Shown: positions 37,267 to 46,168, counted from the stretch's first letter. The stretch is 64,000 nt of DNA from Myxococcota bacterium (GCA_964201005.1 CAXNCS010000006.1:8143-72142), one strand, 5' to 3'. Notes: generated by a model not told the origin, from the sequence alone. Numbers and translations: made by a program.

Positions 37267-37923
37267 TCAGGGCGTCTGGCGGGTCAGGAGCTGCAGGAAC
37301 AGCTGAGCGGCAAATTCGCTGAGCTGTGGCGGGCGCTCGCAGTCCGGGGGGCAAACGCTGGCGGTGTGGGCGTCGCGGTGGCCGCAGAGGGTCAAGCCGC
37401 TGCTGAGGCGCGTGTCGATCGCCGCATTCAGGGCGAGGCCGTGGCCGGCCACCCCGTGCTGGTGAGACAGGCCGATCGAGGCGAGCTTAGCTCCCTGGCT
37501 CCAAACGCCCACGTCGTCGCTGCAGTCGATCTGGCAGATGCAGCCGCGGTCGCGAGCCGTAGCCGCCGCAGCCTCAAGCAATTCCGCGACCAAAGGCCTC
37601 AGCGATGTCGCCGCCAGCCGCACGGCCAGCAGGATCACCAGTTGGCCGGGCAGGTGCAGGGTCGCCAGGCCGCCGCGCTCGACGTCCAGCGTCGGCCAGC
37701 CGCGCAGCGCCGCCAAGGCCAAGGTGGGCGCCAGCTCTTCGCGGCCCGCTGGCGTGCGCGCGCGCTTGCCCAGGGTCACGGCGGGGGCCAGCGGCTCAAA
37801 GGCCAAGGCGCGCGACGGAGCTCCGGCCTGCACGGCGGAGATGTCTATAAGATTCTGGGCAATTGCCTGGTCCATCGCCATGCGCCCTTGCCAGCGCCAG
37901 TGGACCTCAGACCACGCTACCAC
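37267..37923 (-). CDS. lipB: Octanoyltransferase LipB
   Basis: Motifs: EPLAPAVTLGKRA, VERGGLATLHLPGQLVILL (the GG..T.HGPGQLV signature) and KLASIGLSHQHGVAGHGLALNAAID. The putative GTG start at 37923 overlaps the cdsA stop (GTGGTAG). An alternative ATG lies at 37881. The listed ORF 37267..38151 extends into cdsA. Confidence 0.8.
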   Translation of the reverse strand: MVAWSEVHWRWQGRMAMDQAIAQNLIDISAVQAGAPSRALAFEPLAPAVTLGKRARTPAGREELAPTLALAALRGWPTLDVERGGLATLHLPGQLVILLAVRLAATSLRPLVAELLEAAAATARDRGCICQIDCSDDVGVWSQGAKLASIGLSHQHGVAGHGLALNAAIDTRLSSGLTLCGHRDAHTASVCPPDCERPPQLSEFAAQLFLQLLTRQTP

Positions 37924-38744
37924 GAGCCGTTGCCGCTCCAAACGAGGTATGCGAGCAGGATGGGGCCGGCAAAAAGCACGCCATCGACGCGATCGAGCAG
38001 GCCTCCATGGCCGGGGAGCAGGTTGCCGCTGTCCTTGGTGCCGGTGGCGCGCTTGAAGAGACTTTCTGCAAAATCGCCGACTTGGCCAAAAACGCCGCAG
38101 GCGGCGCCCAAGATGAGGCCGTGGACCAGGGGTACGCTGGGGAGCAACCAAGTCGAGAGGATCGCGCCGCCGCCGATCGACGCCAGCAGGCCGCCGACGC
38201 CGCCTTCGACAGTTTTCTTAGGGCTGACAAGCGCATAGAGCTTGTGGCGGCCCAGAGCGCGGCCGGCAAAGTAGGCGCCGGTGTCGCCCATGAAGACCAT
38301 GACAAAGAGGCCGAGCAGACCGCCGCGGCCGCTGTCAAACGGCGCCCCCGGTGCTTGGGCTGGCAGCTGGAACAGCGCGACGAGCATGGCAATTAGCAGC
38401 GCTACGTAGGCCAGAGCCAAGGCGCCAAGCGCGCCGCGTTGCGCGGCCTTTTCTACGCTGCCGGGATCGACCAAGCAGGCGAGCAGCCAGGTGCACATCG
38501 CCACGGCCAAGGTCAGCGCCAAGGCCGCGGGGCCGATCAGGGGCGCTGCGGCAATCGCCGCCGCCAGGAGCGCGACCAAGCCGCGATCGCGCGGGCGGAT
38601 ATCGGGAAACATCCGCACGAGTTCATCGGCGGCGATGGCTGCGGCGGCGACCAACACCGCCAGCATCGCCGGCTTGGGGCCCCAGAGCACCAGCGCCACG
38701 AGCAACGGCGCAAGTACCAGTCCGGTCAGGATGCGCTGTAGCAC
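37917..38744 (-). CDS. cdsA: Phosphatidate cytidylyltransferase CdsA
   Basis: C-terminal signature SLFKRATGTKDSGNLLPGHGGLLDRVDGVLFAGPILL; multi-TM body. The listed ORF starts at 38924. I prefer the GTG at 38744 (VLQRILTGLVLAPLL) with an AAGGGAG RBS, giving about 275 aa. Confidence 0.8.
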   Translation of the reverse strand: MLQRILTGLVLAPLLVALVLWGPKPAMLAVLVAAAAIAADELVRMFPDIRPRDRGLVALLAAAIAAAPLIGPAALALTLAVAMCTWLLACLVDPGSVEKAAQRGALGALALAYVALLIAMLVALFQLPAQAPGAPFDSGRGGLLGLFVMVFMGDTGAYFAGRALGRHKLYALVSPKKTVEGGVGGLLASIGGGAILSTWLLPSVPLVHGLILGAACGVFGQVGDFAESLFKRATGTKDSGNLLPGHGGLLDRVDGVLFAGPILLAYLVWSGNGSW

Positions 38745-38927
38745 GGTCTCTCCCTTCGGCGCGGTCAAGGTGCCCGAGATGGTCGCGGGCGAGTTTGACA
38801 AGGCGAGGCAGGGCTGGCAAGCGCCACAGGGCAGGATGGGCGCAGTTCCAACTGCGGGATCGGGAGAAAGGCGGCTGCAAAGCCCAGGCCAAGTCCTGGA
38901 GGCAAGCTGCGCTTGGTGGGCCAATCG

Positions 38928-39725
38928 CTACGGCGCGGCGGACGCGGCGACCCCGCCAAAACGCCGATCGCGCTTGGCGTAGTCCAGAAGGCACGCGGTC
39001 AACTCGGCCTCGGCAAAATCGGGCCAGTCGCGGTCGCTGAAGATGAGTTCGGCGTAAGCTGCGTCCCACAAGAGGAAATTGCTGAGTCGCTGCTCGCCGG
39101 AGGTGCGGATGACCAGGTCCGGTGGCTGGCGCAGCGGAGCGGTCCACAGGGCGGCAGAAACGGCCGCTTCGTCAATGGCATCGGCGCGCAGCTTGCCCGC
39201 GGCGACTTGGGTGGCCAGGTGCTGTGCGGCCTGGATGAGGTCCTCGCGGCCGCCGTAAGAGAGGCAGAGCGCCAAGGTCATCCCGCGGTAATTGCGGGTG
39301 GCGTCTACAACTTTTTGCAGGGCCATGCGCACCGGCAGGGGCATGCGCGCCACGTTGCCCACCGCGACAAGGCGGATCTGCGAGCTGTGCAGCTCTGACA
39401 GCTCCGACGCCAGGTATTCCACCAGTAGCGTCAGCAGGGCCTGGACCTCGCTGGCGGGCCGGCTCCAGTTCTGCTCAGAAAACGCATACAGCGTAAGGGT
39501 TTCTATGCCCAGGCGCCGGGCCATGCGCGTCATCACCCGCACGGTCGCGGCCCCGGCGCGGTGACCTTCGCTGCGGGGCAGACCGCGGCGCTGGGCCCAG
39601 CGGCCATTGCCGTCCATGATCATCGCCAGGTGGCGCGGCAGCTTGCCTTGGCGGGCCAAAGTCCAGGCGGCCTCCGGGATCGGCTCGGCGGGATCGGCTT
39701 GGGGAGAGAGGGAGGCATCGGACAT
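38928..39725 (-). CDS. uppS: Isoprenyl transferase (undecaprenyl-diphosphate synthase)
   Basis: Motifs: HLAMIMDGNGRWAQRRGLPRSEGHRAG, LTLYAFSEQNW, RTSGEQRLSNFLLWDAAYAELIF. The start is taken at Met11 (MSDASL, 39725); an upstream ATG lies at 39755. Confidence 0.9.
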   Translation of the reverse strand: MSDASLSPQADPAEPIPEAAWTLARQGKLPRHLAMIMDGNGRWAQRRGLPRSEGHRAGAATVRVMTRMARRLGIETLTLYAFSEQNWSRPASEVQALLTLLVEYLASELSELHSSQIRLVAVGNVARMPLPVRMALQKVVDATRNYRGMTLALCLSYGGREDLIQAAQHLATQVAAGKLRADAIDEAAVSAALWTAPLRQPPDLVIRTSGEQRLSNFLLWDAAYAELIFSDRDWPDFAEAELTACLLDYAKRDRRFGGVAASAAP

Positions 39726-39791
39726 GGGCAACCTTTGGCGCGCTAGCCGCGGCAAGGCGGCGCGATAGGGCGGACGGGACGGCTGGCAACG

Positions 39792-40766
39792 CTACGCGGC
39801 GGGGCCTACAGGCGCTTTGGCCGTCAACGCGGGCCACGGTCGGCGGCGCGCCAGCACCCATCCGGCCCAGAGCAGCAACGGAAGGCTGATGAGCTGTGAG
39901 GTGGACAGCAGGCCGCCCAGCCACAGGCCGCGATCGTCGGCGCGCAAGTATTCCACGGCGAAGCGAAAGGCCGCGTAGAGGAACATAAAGTGAAAGAAGT
40001 TCTGGCCGTCATAGGCGAGCCCGCGGCGGTAGCGCTGCCAGGTCCACAGGCAGATGAGCCCGGCTGCGACCGCCTCGTAGAGTTGCGTGGCGTGCACGGG
40101 GAGCGAGGCGCCGGCCAGCTCGCTGATGCGGTGTTCGGCGAGGTGCTTGTCCCAAGCCGGGGAGTGGCGCGGAAAGCTGAGGCCTAGGGGCGATTCGGTC
40201 GGGGCGCCGTAGCAACAACCGGCCAGGAGGCAGCCGGCCCGGCCAAAGACCAGGCCCAGAGAAATGCCAAATGCCGCGAGATCCGCGACCTTCCACACTG
40301 ACATACGCCGGCGGTGGAGAAACCAGATGCCGGTGGGCACCGCCAGGAGAAAGCCGCCGTAATAGGCATAGCCGCCGTACCAGATCTTGAACACCCGCAG
40401 GCAGTCCTGGCTCTGCCGGCACAGGCCGCTGCTCAGCTCGCAGGTGTCGCCCAGGCCGGCTTGCAGGCATTGGGCATCGGCGGCGCACTTGAGCCCCCGG
40501 CCCAGGGACAGCGCAGGCACTTGAGCGGGATCGGTGCAAAGGTGGACGTAGTCCCAGAATTGGCCGTCGGCGACGATGTGCAGGGCCCGCGATCCCAGGA
40601 GGCCGCAGGCGAGCATCAATAGACCTAGATCCAGTAAAGTATTGCCATCCATGCCCCGGCGCTCGCCTTCTTTATGGACCCACAGGATCGCCAGCGTGAA
40701 CCCCACCATCAAGAAGGTGAAGTACGCGGGCAAGGTGGTCAGGCCCAGATCAAAGGAAGGATGCAT
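39792..40766 (-). CDS. lgt: Prolipoprotein diacylglyceryl transferase Lgt (with Cys-rich loop insertion)
   Basis: Motifs: LPAYFTFLMVGFTLAILW, WYGGYAYYGGFL, FGRAGCLLAGCCYGAPT, HATQLYEA. This matches the typical Lgt layout. Confidence 0.85.
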   Translation of the reverse strand: MHPSFDLGLTTLPAYFTFLMVGFTLAILWVHKEGERRGMDGNTLLDLGLLMLACGLLGSRALHIVADGQFWDYVHLCTDPAQVPALSLGRGLKCAADAQCLQAGLGDTCELSSGLCRQSQDCLRVFKIWYGGYAYYGGFLLAVPTGIWFLHRRRMSVWKVADLAAFGISLGLVFGRAGCLLAGCCYGAPTESPLGLSFPRHSPAWDKHLAEHRISELAGASLPVHATQLYEAVAAGLICLWTWQRYRRGLAYDGQNFFHFMFLYAAFRFAVEYLRADDRGLWLGGLLSTSQLISLPLLLWAGWVLARRRPWPALTAKAPVGPAA

Positions 40767-40805
40767 GGTGGGCTTCGGGCTCCTTGGCGGCGGGGGCAGG
40801 TGGAT

Positions 40806-41777
40806 TCAGGCCGCGGCGTCGGGGTTGGGGGCGCTGGCGGCGGTCTGCGAGCCCTTGGAGGGTTGGCCGCGCAGGGAATCCAGGGCGATCAGCACCACGC
40901 CGACCGAGATGCCGATGTCGGCCACATTGTAGACCGGCCAGCCGTGGGTCTTGCCGTCGATGACCACGTACATGTAGATGAAATCGATGACGACAGAATA
41001 GTGGAGGCGATCGACCAAGTTGCCCAGCGCGCCGCCTAGAATCGCCGCGACCGCCCAGGCCATCAGCGCCGAAGTCGACAGACCGCGCCAGAGCCAGAAG
41101 ATCATCGCCAAGGAGGCCAGGCTCGAGATGGTGGCGAACAGGGCGACGCGCACCGCTGTGGGAGCACTCTCTAGAAAACTCCAGGCCGCTCCTTTGTTTT
41201 CGGCATAGACAAAGCGCAGATTGTCCTGGATGAGCGGGATGTCGCGGTCGAGCAGGGCGACCCCGGCGTCTTCCGCCTGCCAGGGCTCGCTGGGGTCAAA
41301 GGGCCGAAAGCTCGCTTGCCAGCCTGCCGTGCTGAGCAGTTGCGCGACCTGGGCCCGGTCGGTGCGCCACCAGCTGTCGCTCACCACCTGCGCCAACGGC
41401 TTGCCCAGATGGTCGCGGCTCAGGCGCAACCGGCGCGGCGCGGGCATGCCGATACCGCTCGTCAGCACGATGTCTTGGCCCACATGCTCTGGGGCGATGA
41501 TCTGGTCTGGCAGAAGGGTCAGCTTGCGCAGGCGCGCCAGCGCGCCGTGGTTCTCGGCGCCGGCCAAGGCTGCATCGTCCACGCCCGCTGCGCGCAGGGC
41601 TGCTGCCGGGGTGGTGTGCTGATCGCGCAGCGCTACGATCGGATGCGTCGGGCTGGCCAGATTCTTCTCTGCCCAGGCCTTGGACCACAGATCGCCGATC
41701 AGGACGAGCGCAGCCAGGCCCAAGACCAGCCAGCGCGAAGGTCCTTTAGAGGCAGGGGAATTCACGTCTGCGGTCAT
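40806..41777 (-). CDS. lspA: Lipoprotein signal peptidase II LspA (with a large insertion after TM1)
   Basis: Motifs: LIGDLWSKAWAEKNL (D..TK-like), YAENKGAAWSF (N.GAAF box), ILGGALGNLVDRL and WPVYNVADIGISVG (F/W..FN.AD box). Confidence 0.8.
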   Translation of the reverse strand: MTADVNSPASKGPSRWLVLGLAALVLIGDLWSKAWAEKNLASPTHPIVALRDQHTTPAAALRAAGVDDAALAGAENHGALARLRKLTLLPDQIIAPEHVGQDIVLTSGIGMPAPRRLRLSRDHLGKPLAQVVSDSWWRTDRAQVAQLLSTAGWQASFRPFDPSEPWQAEDAGVALLDRDIPLIQDNLRFVYAENKGAAWSFLESAPTAVRVALFATISSLASLAMIFWLWRGLSTSALMAWAVAAILGGALGNLVDRLHYSVVIDFIYMYVVIDGKTHGWPVYNVADIGISVGVVLIALDSLRGQPSKGSQTAASAPNPDAAA

Positions 41778-42091
41778 GGTTCATTCCTGGGCCCCGGCAA
41801 ACTGGGGGCGCTTGGAGCGCGGCAGCATAGCGGTCAAGGGCGCTTGCGGCAACGCGGCTGCCGCTTAGATCAACCTCGACGACGCGGCGGATCCGCGAGG
41901 GCCGTGTTGAATGTCCACACGCCGGGCGGTTATTCGGCCTGGGCCAAAGAATCGGCTTTGAGTCTGCAAAGATTGTTTGGACTTGAGAGGGCAGCTGTTG
42001 AAAAGACGAGTTTTGTCGACCATCGATGGTCGTGATCCGCCGTTCCTTACATCCTCTCTGCACTTGAGGAGGGAGCGCCAGATTCTGCGGC

Positions 42092-42150
42092 TCAAAAAGC
42101 ACTCAGCCGGGCCTGCTGCAGATCGCTGATCCGCAGCAGGCCCGGCTGAG
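42092..42150 (-). terminator. Intrinsic terminator downstream of the YceI-like gene
   Basis: Perfect 18-bp stem ctcagccgggcctgctgc / gcagcaggcccggctgag (42102-42150) with a 13-nt loop. On the minus strand it is followed by TGCTTTTTG (the A-run at 42094-42098 on the plus strand). Confidence 0.75.
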
Positions 42151-42258
42151 ACGGAGCGCCTAGCCAGAGTCGGTGCTCTCTGGCCGCGCCGCTTCGCTTG
42201 CCGGAGGACCGATTGAGCCTGGGCTCTCCGCTCCCCTGGTCAAAGCAGGGTCACAGGC

Positions 42259-43023
42259 TTACGGCAGGGTCGCCTTGACGTCGATCTTGATGGCGACGTC
42301 GTCGCGGATCAGATCGTCGGCTTTGCCGGCGTAGACGATGCCGAAATCCTTGCGGTTGATCTTGAACTCGCTCTTGGCGGTGACATCCTTGCCGGCGACC
42401 GCGATCGTGGCGGCAAAGGTCACTTCCTTGGTCGCGCCGCGCAGGGTCAGGTTGCCCTTGATGGTGTGGGTCGAGCCGGCCACCGCAGCGTCGCCGCCGG
42501 CCTTGATCTCGCTGGCCACAAAGGTCGCAGTGGCGAACTTGGCGACATCAAAGAAATCCTCGCTCTTCATATGGCCTTCGAACTTGTCGACCCACTCCGA
42601 GCGCTTCTCCACCACTTCTTCCAGCGAGCCGACCTGGATCTCAAACTCGAGCTTGCCGCCTTCCGGCTTGCCGTCCTTGAGTTCGACCGCACCCTTCCAC
42701 TCTTTGAAGTTCAGGGTGTGGGCGCCGGTGACCTTGGAGCCGACCGCCTGGATGCTGCCGGTGAGGGCCACACCCGGGAAAGTCAGGGCCGCAGCGGCGG
42801 GCTTGGCGGCCTCAGGGGCAGCCACCGGCGAAGCGGCGGCGGGGGCGGCGACCGGCGAAGCGGCCTCGGGAGCCGCGACGGGCTCGGCCTTGGGCTCTTC
42901 TTTCTTGGGCTCTTCGACCTTGGCCGCGGGGACGTCCTTGGTGGGGTCCTTGGAGCAGCCGGCAGCGCCGACGGCAAGGGACAGGGCCAAGGTGATCAAG
43001 GTCGTGCGAGAGTACAGTTTCAT
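42259..43023 (-). CDS. YceI-family lipoprotein
   Basis: Start at MKLYSRTTLITLALSLAVGAAGC (lipobox) within ORF 42259..43140. YceI-like motifs: HMKSEDFFDVAKFATATFVASEIK, THTIKGNLTLRGATKEVTF, AKSEFKINRKDFGI. Confidence 0.8.
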   Translation of the reverse strand: MKLYSRTTLITLALSLAVGAAGCSKDPTKDVPAAKVEEPKKEEPKAEPVAAPEAASPVAAPAAASPVAAPEAAKPAAAALTFPGVALTGSIQAVGSKVTGAHTLNFKEWKGAVELKDGKPEGGKLEFEIQVGSLEEVVEKRSEWVDKFEGHMKSEDFFDVAKFATATFVASEIKAGGDAAVAGSTHTIKGNLTLRGATKEVTFAATIAVAGKDVTAKSEFKINRKDFGIVYAGKADDLIRDDVAIKIDVKATLP

Positions 43024-43396
43024 GGGTTCGAAATCCCTCCAGGTGCGTCTAAAATGGGCGAGGCGCTGGCGCCCGGGCGAGTTGCGCGCTGCGCGAATGG
43101 CAGCGGCGGGGATCGCTATCGTTACACAAACTCGTGACAATCGCCAACCGCCCGCCGCCGAACAACACTGTTTCTCTGGACATACTAATCTGCTGGGCCG
43201 ACGCGGAGCGGCCCGTGCGTCTCGGCGCGGCCAAGACGCTGGGCCCGCTGCGGTTCGCTTATGGCGATCAGCGGCAATAGCGGATTCACCTCCGCCGCTG
43301 CGGTGAGTCGGCCCCTAAGGCCGCGAACTCGCAATCCACCCAGCAAGCAAAGCGACAAGCGGAAATCTATTTCCGCTGATTGCCTATTGCGTTGGA

Positions 43397-45094
43397 CTAC
43401 TTGCCGAGCGCGGTCTCGACCGCCTGGACCGCCGCCTGAATCTCAGCGTCCGAGGTGATCTGCCACTCGATCTTTTGGCAGGCGTGGATGGCAGTGGAGT
43501 GATCGCGCCCGCCAAAAGCCCGGCCAATATCGGGGAAGGAAAGAGAAGTGTGCTTGCGGGTCAGGAACATAGCGATCATTCGCGGCACCACTACGGACCG
43601 GTGGCGCTTTTGGCCCTTCAGATCGGTGAGCTTGAGGCCAAAATGCTGCGCTGTGACGCGCTGGATCACTTCCGTCGTCAAATTGCGGCTGGGTAGCTCG
43701 ATCACGGGCCCCAGCACCGATCGGGCCAGCTGCAGGTCGATGCCGCGCTTGCCGATGCGGGCGTGGGCCGACAGCTTGGTGAGTGCCCCTTCTAGTTCGC
43801 GGACATTATTGCGTAAGTGATCTGCCAGGTACAGCGCGGTGTCGTGCGGCAGCGCCATGCCCATCTCTTGGGCCTTGCGGTGCAAAATCCCCAGGCGCAG
43901 CTCGCGGTCCGGCGGGGTCAGCTCGGCGACCAAGCCCCACTCAAAGCGCGATCGCAGGCGGTCGTGAAATTCCTGGAGCTCACTGGGAAAGCGATCGCAC
44001 GAGAGCACGATCTGCTTGCCGGCTTGATGAAGACCGTTGAAAAGGTGAAAGAACTCGTCTTGGATCTGCGGCTTGCCCTGAAGGAACTGCACGTCATCGA
44101 CCAACAGCAGATCGACGTTGTGGCGATACAGCGCCTTGACTTCCGCGCGGGCTGAACCGTCGCGCGAACGCCAAGCGCTCATCGTGTCGTCGATATACGT
44201 CTCAGCCGCGGCATAGCGCACCTTGAGCTGGCCGTTGCGCATGCGGGCGTGGTGGCCGATCGCGTGCAGCAGGTGGGTCTTGCCCAAGCCGACGCCGCCG
44301 TGAATAAACAGGGGGTTGTAGATGCGGCCCGGATTGTCCGCCACCGCCAACGCAGCTGAAGCCGCCAGCTCATTGGCTGTGCCGATGACGAACGAGTCAA
44401 AGGTCAGGCGCGGCGTCAGATCCTGCCAGGTGCGGTCATCTGCATCGGCGAATTCGTCAAAGGCCAAAGCAGCCTGGCCTTGGACAGACAGATAAGCACC
44501 TGAGATGCGCTGACTTTGCCGCAGCTGTGGCGGCTCATAAGTCAGCAGGTCCGTTTGCTGCGGCGCCGCCAGTTGCGGCCGGGCGGCGGAAGCATTGGGC
44601 AGGCCGGTGAGGTTGGTGTGGTTGTGGTGCGCGGTGTTGAGGCGGGTCGGCTCTACGCGCAGTTCGACCTGCACTTCTCGGCCCAGACTCTGGCGCAGGG
44701 CTTCGCCAATCGCCTGGCGATAGTGGCTGTTGACGAACTCGGCGAGTTGTTCGTCGGGTACGCCAAGCACGACGCAGTCAGGTTGAATTGCCGAGATGTA
44801 CACGGGATCAAGCCAGGCATCGACGACGGCGCGGCTGGTGCCCTGGCGCAAGGTGCGAAGCACTTGTTGCCACAGGTCCGCGCTCGGTGCCTCGCCAGCC
44901 TCAGGCGCCACGGGGGCCGTTGGGGCGCGACGATCCCCCAGATGCGGCCCGTCTGGGCGCGGCATTTCGGCGAAAAAATCCACAGTTTGCCCAGGGAGCT
45001 CGGCTTGCGGAAACGGCGCGATCGTGGGCAGGGCAGGCGTCATGGCATCCAGGCGGCGGTCAACCGCTTCGGCAAAGCTGGTCCAAGCCAGCAA
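43397..45094 (-). CDS. dnaA: Chromosomal replication initiator DnaA
   Basis: Motifs: NPLFIHGGVGLGKTHLLHAIGH (Walker A), LLVDDVQFLQGK (Walker B), VLSCDRFP, NVRELEGAL and the DNA-binding end IGRAFGGRDHSTAIHACQKIE. The start is uncertain: domain I (DLWQQVLRTL) begins about 70 codons after the first ATG. Confidence 0.95.
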   Translation of the reverse strand: MLAWTSFAEAVDRRLDAMTPALPTIAPFPQAELPGQTVDFFAEMPRPDGPHLGDRRAPTAPVAPEAGEAPSADLWQQVLRTLRQGTSRAVVDAWLDPVYISAIQPDCVVLGVPDEQLAEFVNSHYRQAIGEALRQSLGREVQVELRVEPTRLNTAHHNHTNLTGLPNASAARPQLAAPQQTDLLTYEPPQLRQSQRISGAYLSVQGQAALAFDEFADADDRTWQDLTPRLTFDSFVIGTANELAASAALAVADNPGRIYNPLFIHGGVGLGKTHLLHAIGHHARMRNGQLKVRYAAAETYIDDTMSAWRSRDGSARAEVKALYRHNVDLLLVDDVQFLQGKPQIQDEFFHLFNGLHQAGKQIVLSCDRFPSELQEFHDRLRSRFEWGLVAELTPPDRELRLGILHRKAQEMGMALPHDTALYLADHLRNNVRELEGALTKLSAHARIGKRGIDLQLARSVLGPVIELPSRNLTTEVIQRVTAQHFGLKLTDLKGQKRHRSVVVPRMIAMFLTRKHTSLSFPDIGRAFGGRDHSTAIHACQKIEWQITSDAEIQAAVQAVETALGK

Positions 45095-46021
45095 AAGAGT
45101 GGACCTGCGCTGCGGTCCGGAGGCGCTGCCTGGAGCGCTGCCGCTGCATGGAGGCCTGGAGAGGGGAGTTGGCGCCCGCGGAGGACCGCTTGAGCCGTTG
45201 CGAAGTCAGAGGTACAGCGGCGCCAAGCAGGGCACAAGGGGGGAAGGTGATTTGTTGGCTTCAACATGAGATTCCAGCTGGTTGCGCGAGTGTGTGCACA
45301 GGGCGGGACCTGGTCAAAAGTGAATTGGAGGCGCCAGGGCGACACAACACCACGCGTCTGCGTCGGAAACTGCGGAGGGCTGTGCGCCAACCTTCACCTG
45401 TCGCGGAGCGGACTCTGTCGGCCAGACTAGCAACCCCGCGAGTTTGGTAAGAGTATGCTTAACCATTTGTAAATAAGAATGAATAGTCGGTGTGGTCTGG
45501 GCCGCTGGGCTGCGGCGGTCATGCAGGTACCCAGGATTGGACAGTTTTTGTCCGCTCCTGTCGGCGAGCCCAGGGCGCAGCGGCCTGTCGATCGCACGGG
45601 CGCTGTTGTAGAAGTTGTTGAGATCCATGCGATTATTGTCAACTTGCCGATTGTCTTGCTCTTGGCTCGTCTGGAGATTGCGCCGCCGCTTGCTCTCCGC
45701 CGCGGCCGGCGCGGCTCCAATCCCGGGGTCGGGAGGCAATACCTGGCGGCCTGGACCGCGCTGCTGCGAAGGACGTGCTGGAGAATCAGCCGAGGCGAAT
45801 CCGCGAAGGGGTACACCGCAAGCGCACCGGCTCCGCGCGCTGTGGCCCTCTCAGCGCAGTCACTGGGCCAAGAACCTAGCCTCCACCGCCGCCGGAAGGG
45901 ATACCTGGGCTGTGGATTCTCGCCCTGGACCCGCTCTGCTGCTTGATCTTTAGCCGAAGTGTCTCTACACTCTTGGGCCCCGCGCTGGCCCCCTGCCCGC
46001 CCTATTTTTGAGGAACTCGCC
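45095..46021. other. dnaA-rpmH divergent spacer; candidate oriC and promoter region with an AT-rich island at 45443-45487
   Basis: 927 bp with no credible ORF. ttggtaagagtatgcttaaccatttgtaaataagaatgaatagt is about 27% GC in an otherwise GC-rich window. Gene orientation flips here: all genes from 17984 to 45094 are on the minus strand, and almost all from 46022 to 58067 are on the plus strand. Only weak DnaA-box-like TGTGG cores are present (45491, 45841, 45911). Confidence 0.45.
45943..45971 (+). promoter_or_regulatory. Possible sigma70-type promoter for rpmH
   Basis: TTGATC (45943-45948), a 17-nt spacer, then TACACT (45966-45971), about 50 nt upstream of the rpmH GTG. The match is by eye only. 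Confidence 0.3.
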
Positions 46022-46168
46022 GTGAAGAAAGGACTCAGCAACCACAGCACCGTCTCCCGCTTGCGCACCCACGGCTTTCGGGCCCGCATGGCCACCAAGA
46101 ACGGCCGCGCCGTCATCAACCGCCGCCGCGCCAAAGGCCGGGCGAAACTGAGCGTTTCCAGCCGCTAA
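46022..46168 (+). CDS. rpmH: 50S ribosomal protein L34
   Basis: The GTG at 46022 follows a GAGGAA RBS. The product [48 protein letters not shown] carries the L34 signature HGFR.RM.T..GR.V...RR.KGR..L. Confidence 0.9.
   Translation: MKKGLSNHSTVSRLRTHGFRARMATKNGRAVINRRRAKGRAKLSVSSR

Noticed and set aside
37252-38238. 328-aa + strand ORF across lipB/cdsA
   Set aside because: The opposite strand carries the LipB (GG..T.H.PGQLV) and CdsA (GHGG.LDR.D) signatures. The + frame is Arg/Ala/Gln-rich.
43141-43396. dnaA-downstream spacer as oriC (the usual dnaA-dnaN position), including the small hairpin agcggaaat-ct-atttccgct at 43358-43377
   Set aside because: It is only 256 bp, has no AT-rich tract, and holds only two poor DnaA-box-like strings (CAATCCACC, GGATTCACC). 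The hairpin is more simply a weak dnaA terminator. The dnaA-rpmH spacer is the better origin candidate.
45427-46134. 235-aa minus-strand ORF (and other 100-220-aa ORFs) in the dnaA-rpmH spacer
   Set aside because: It is Arg/Pro/Ala-rich, overlaps rpmH, spans the AT-rich island and has no motifs. I treat the region as non-coding.
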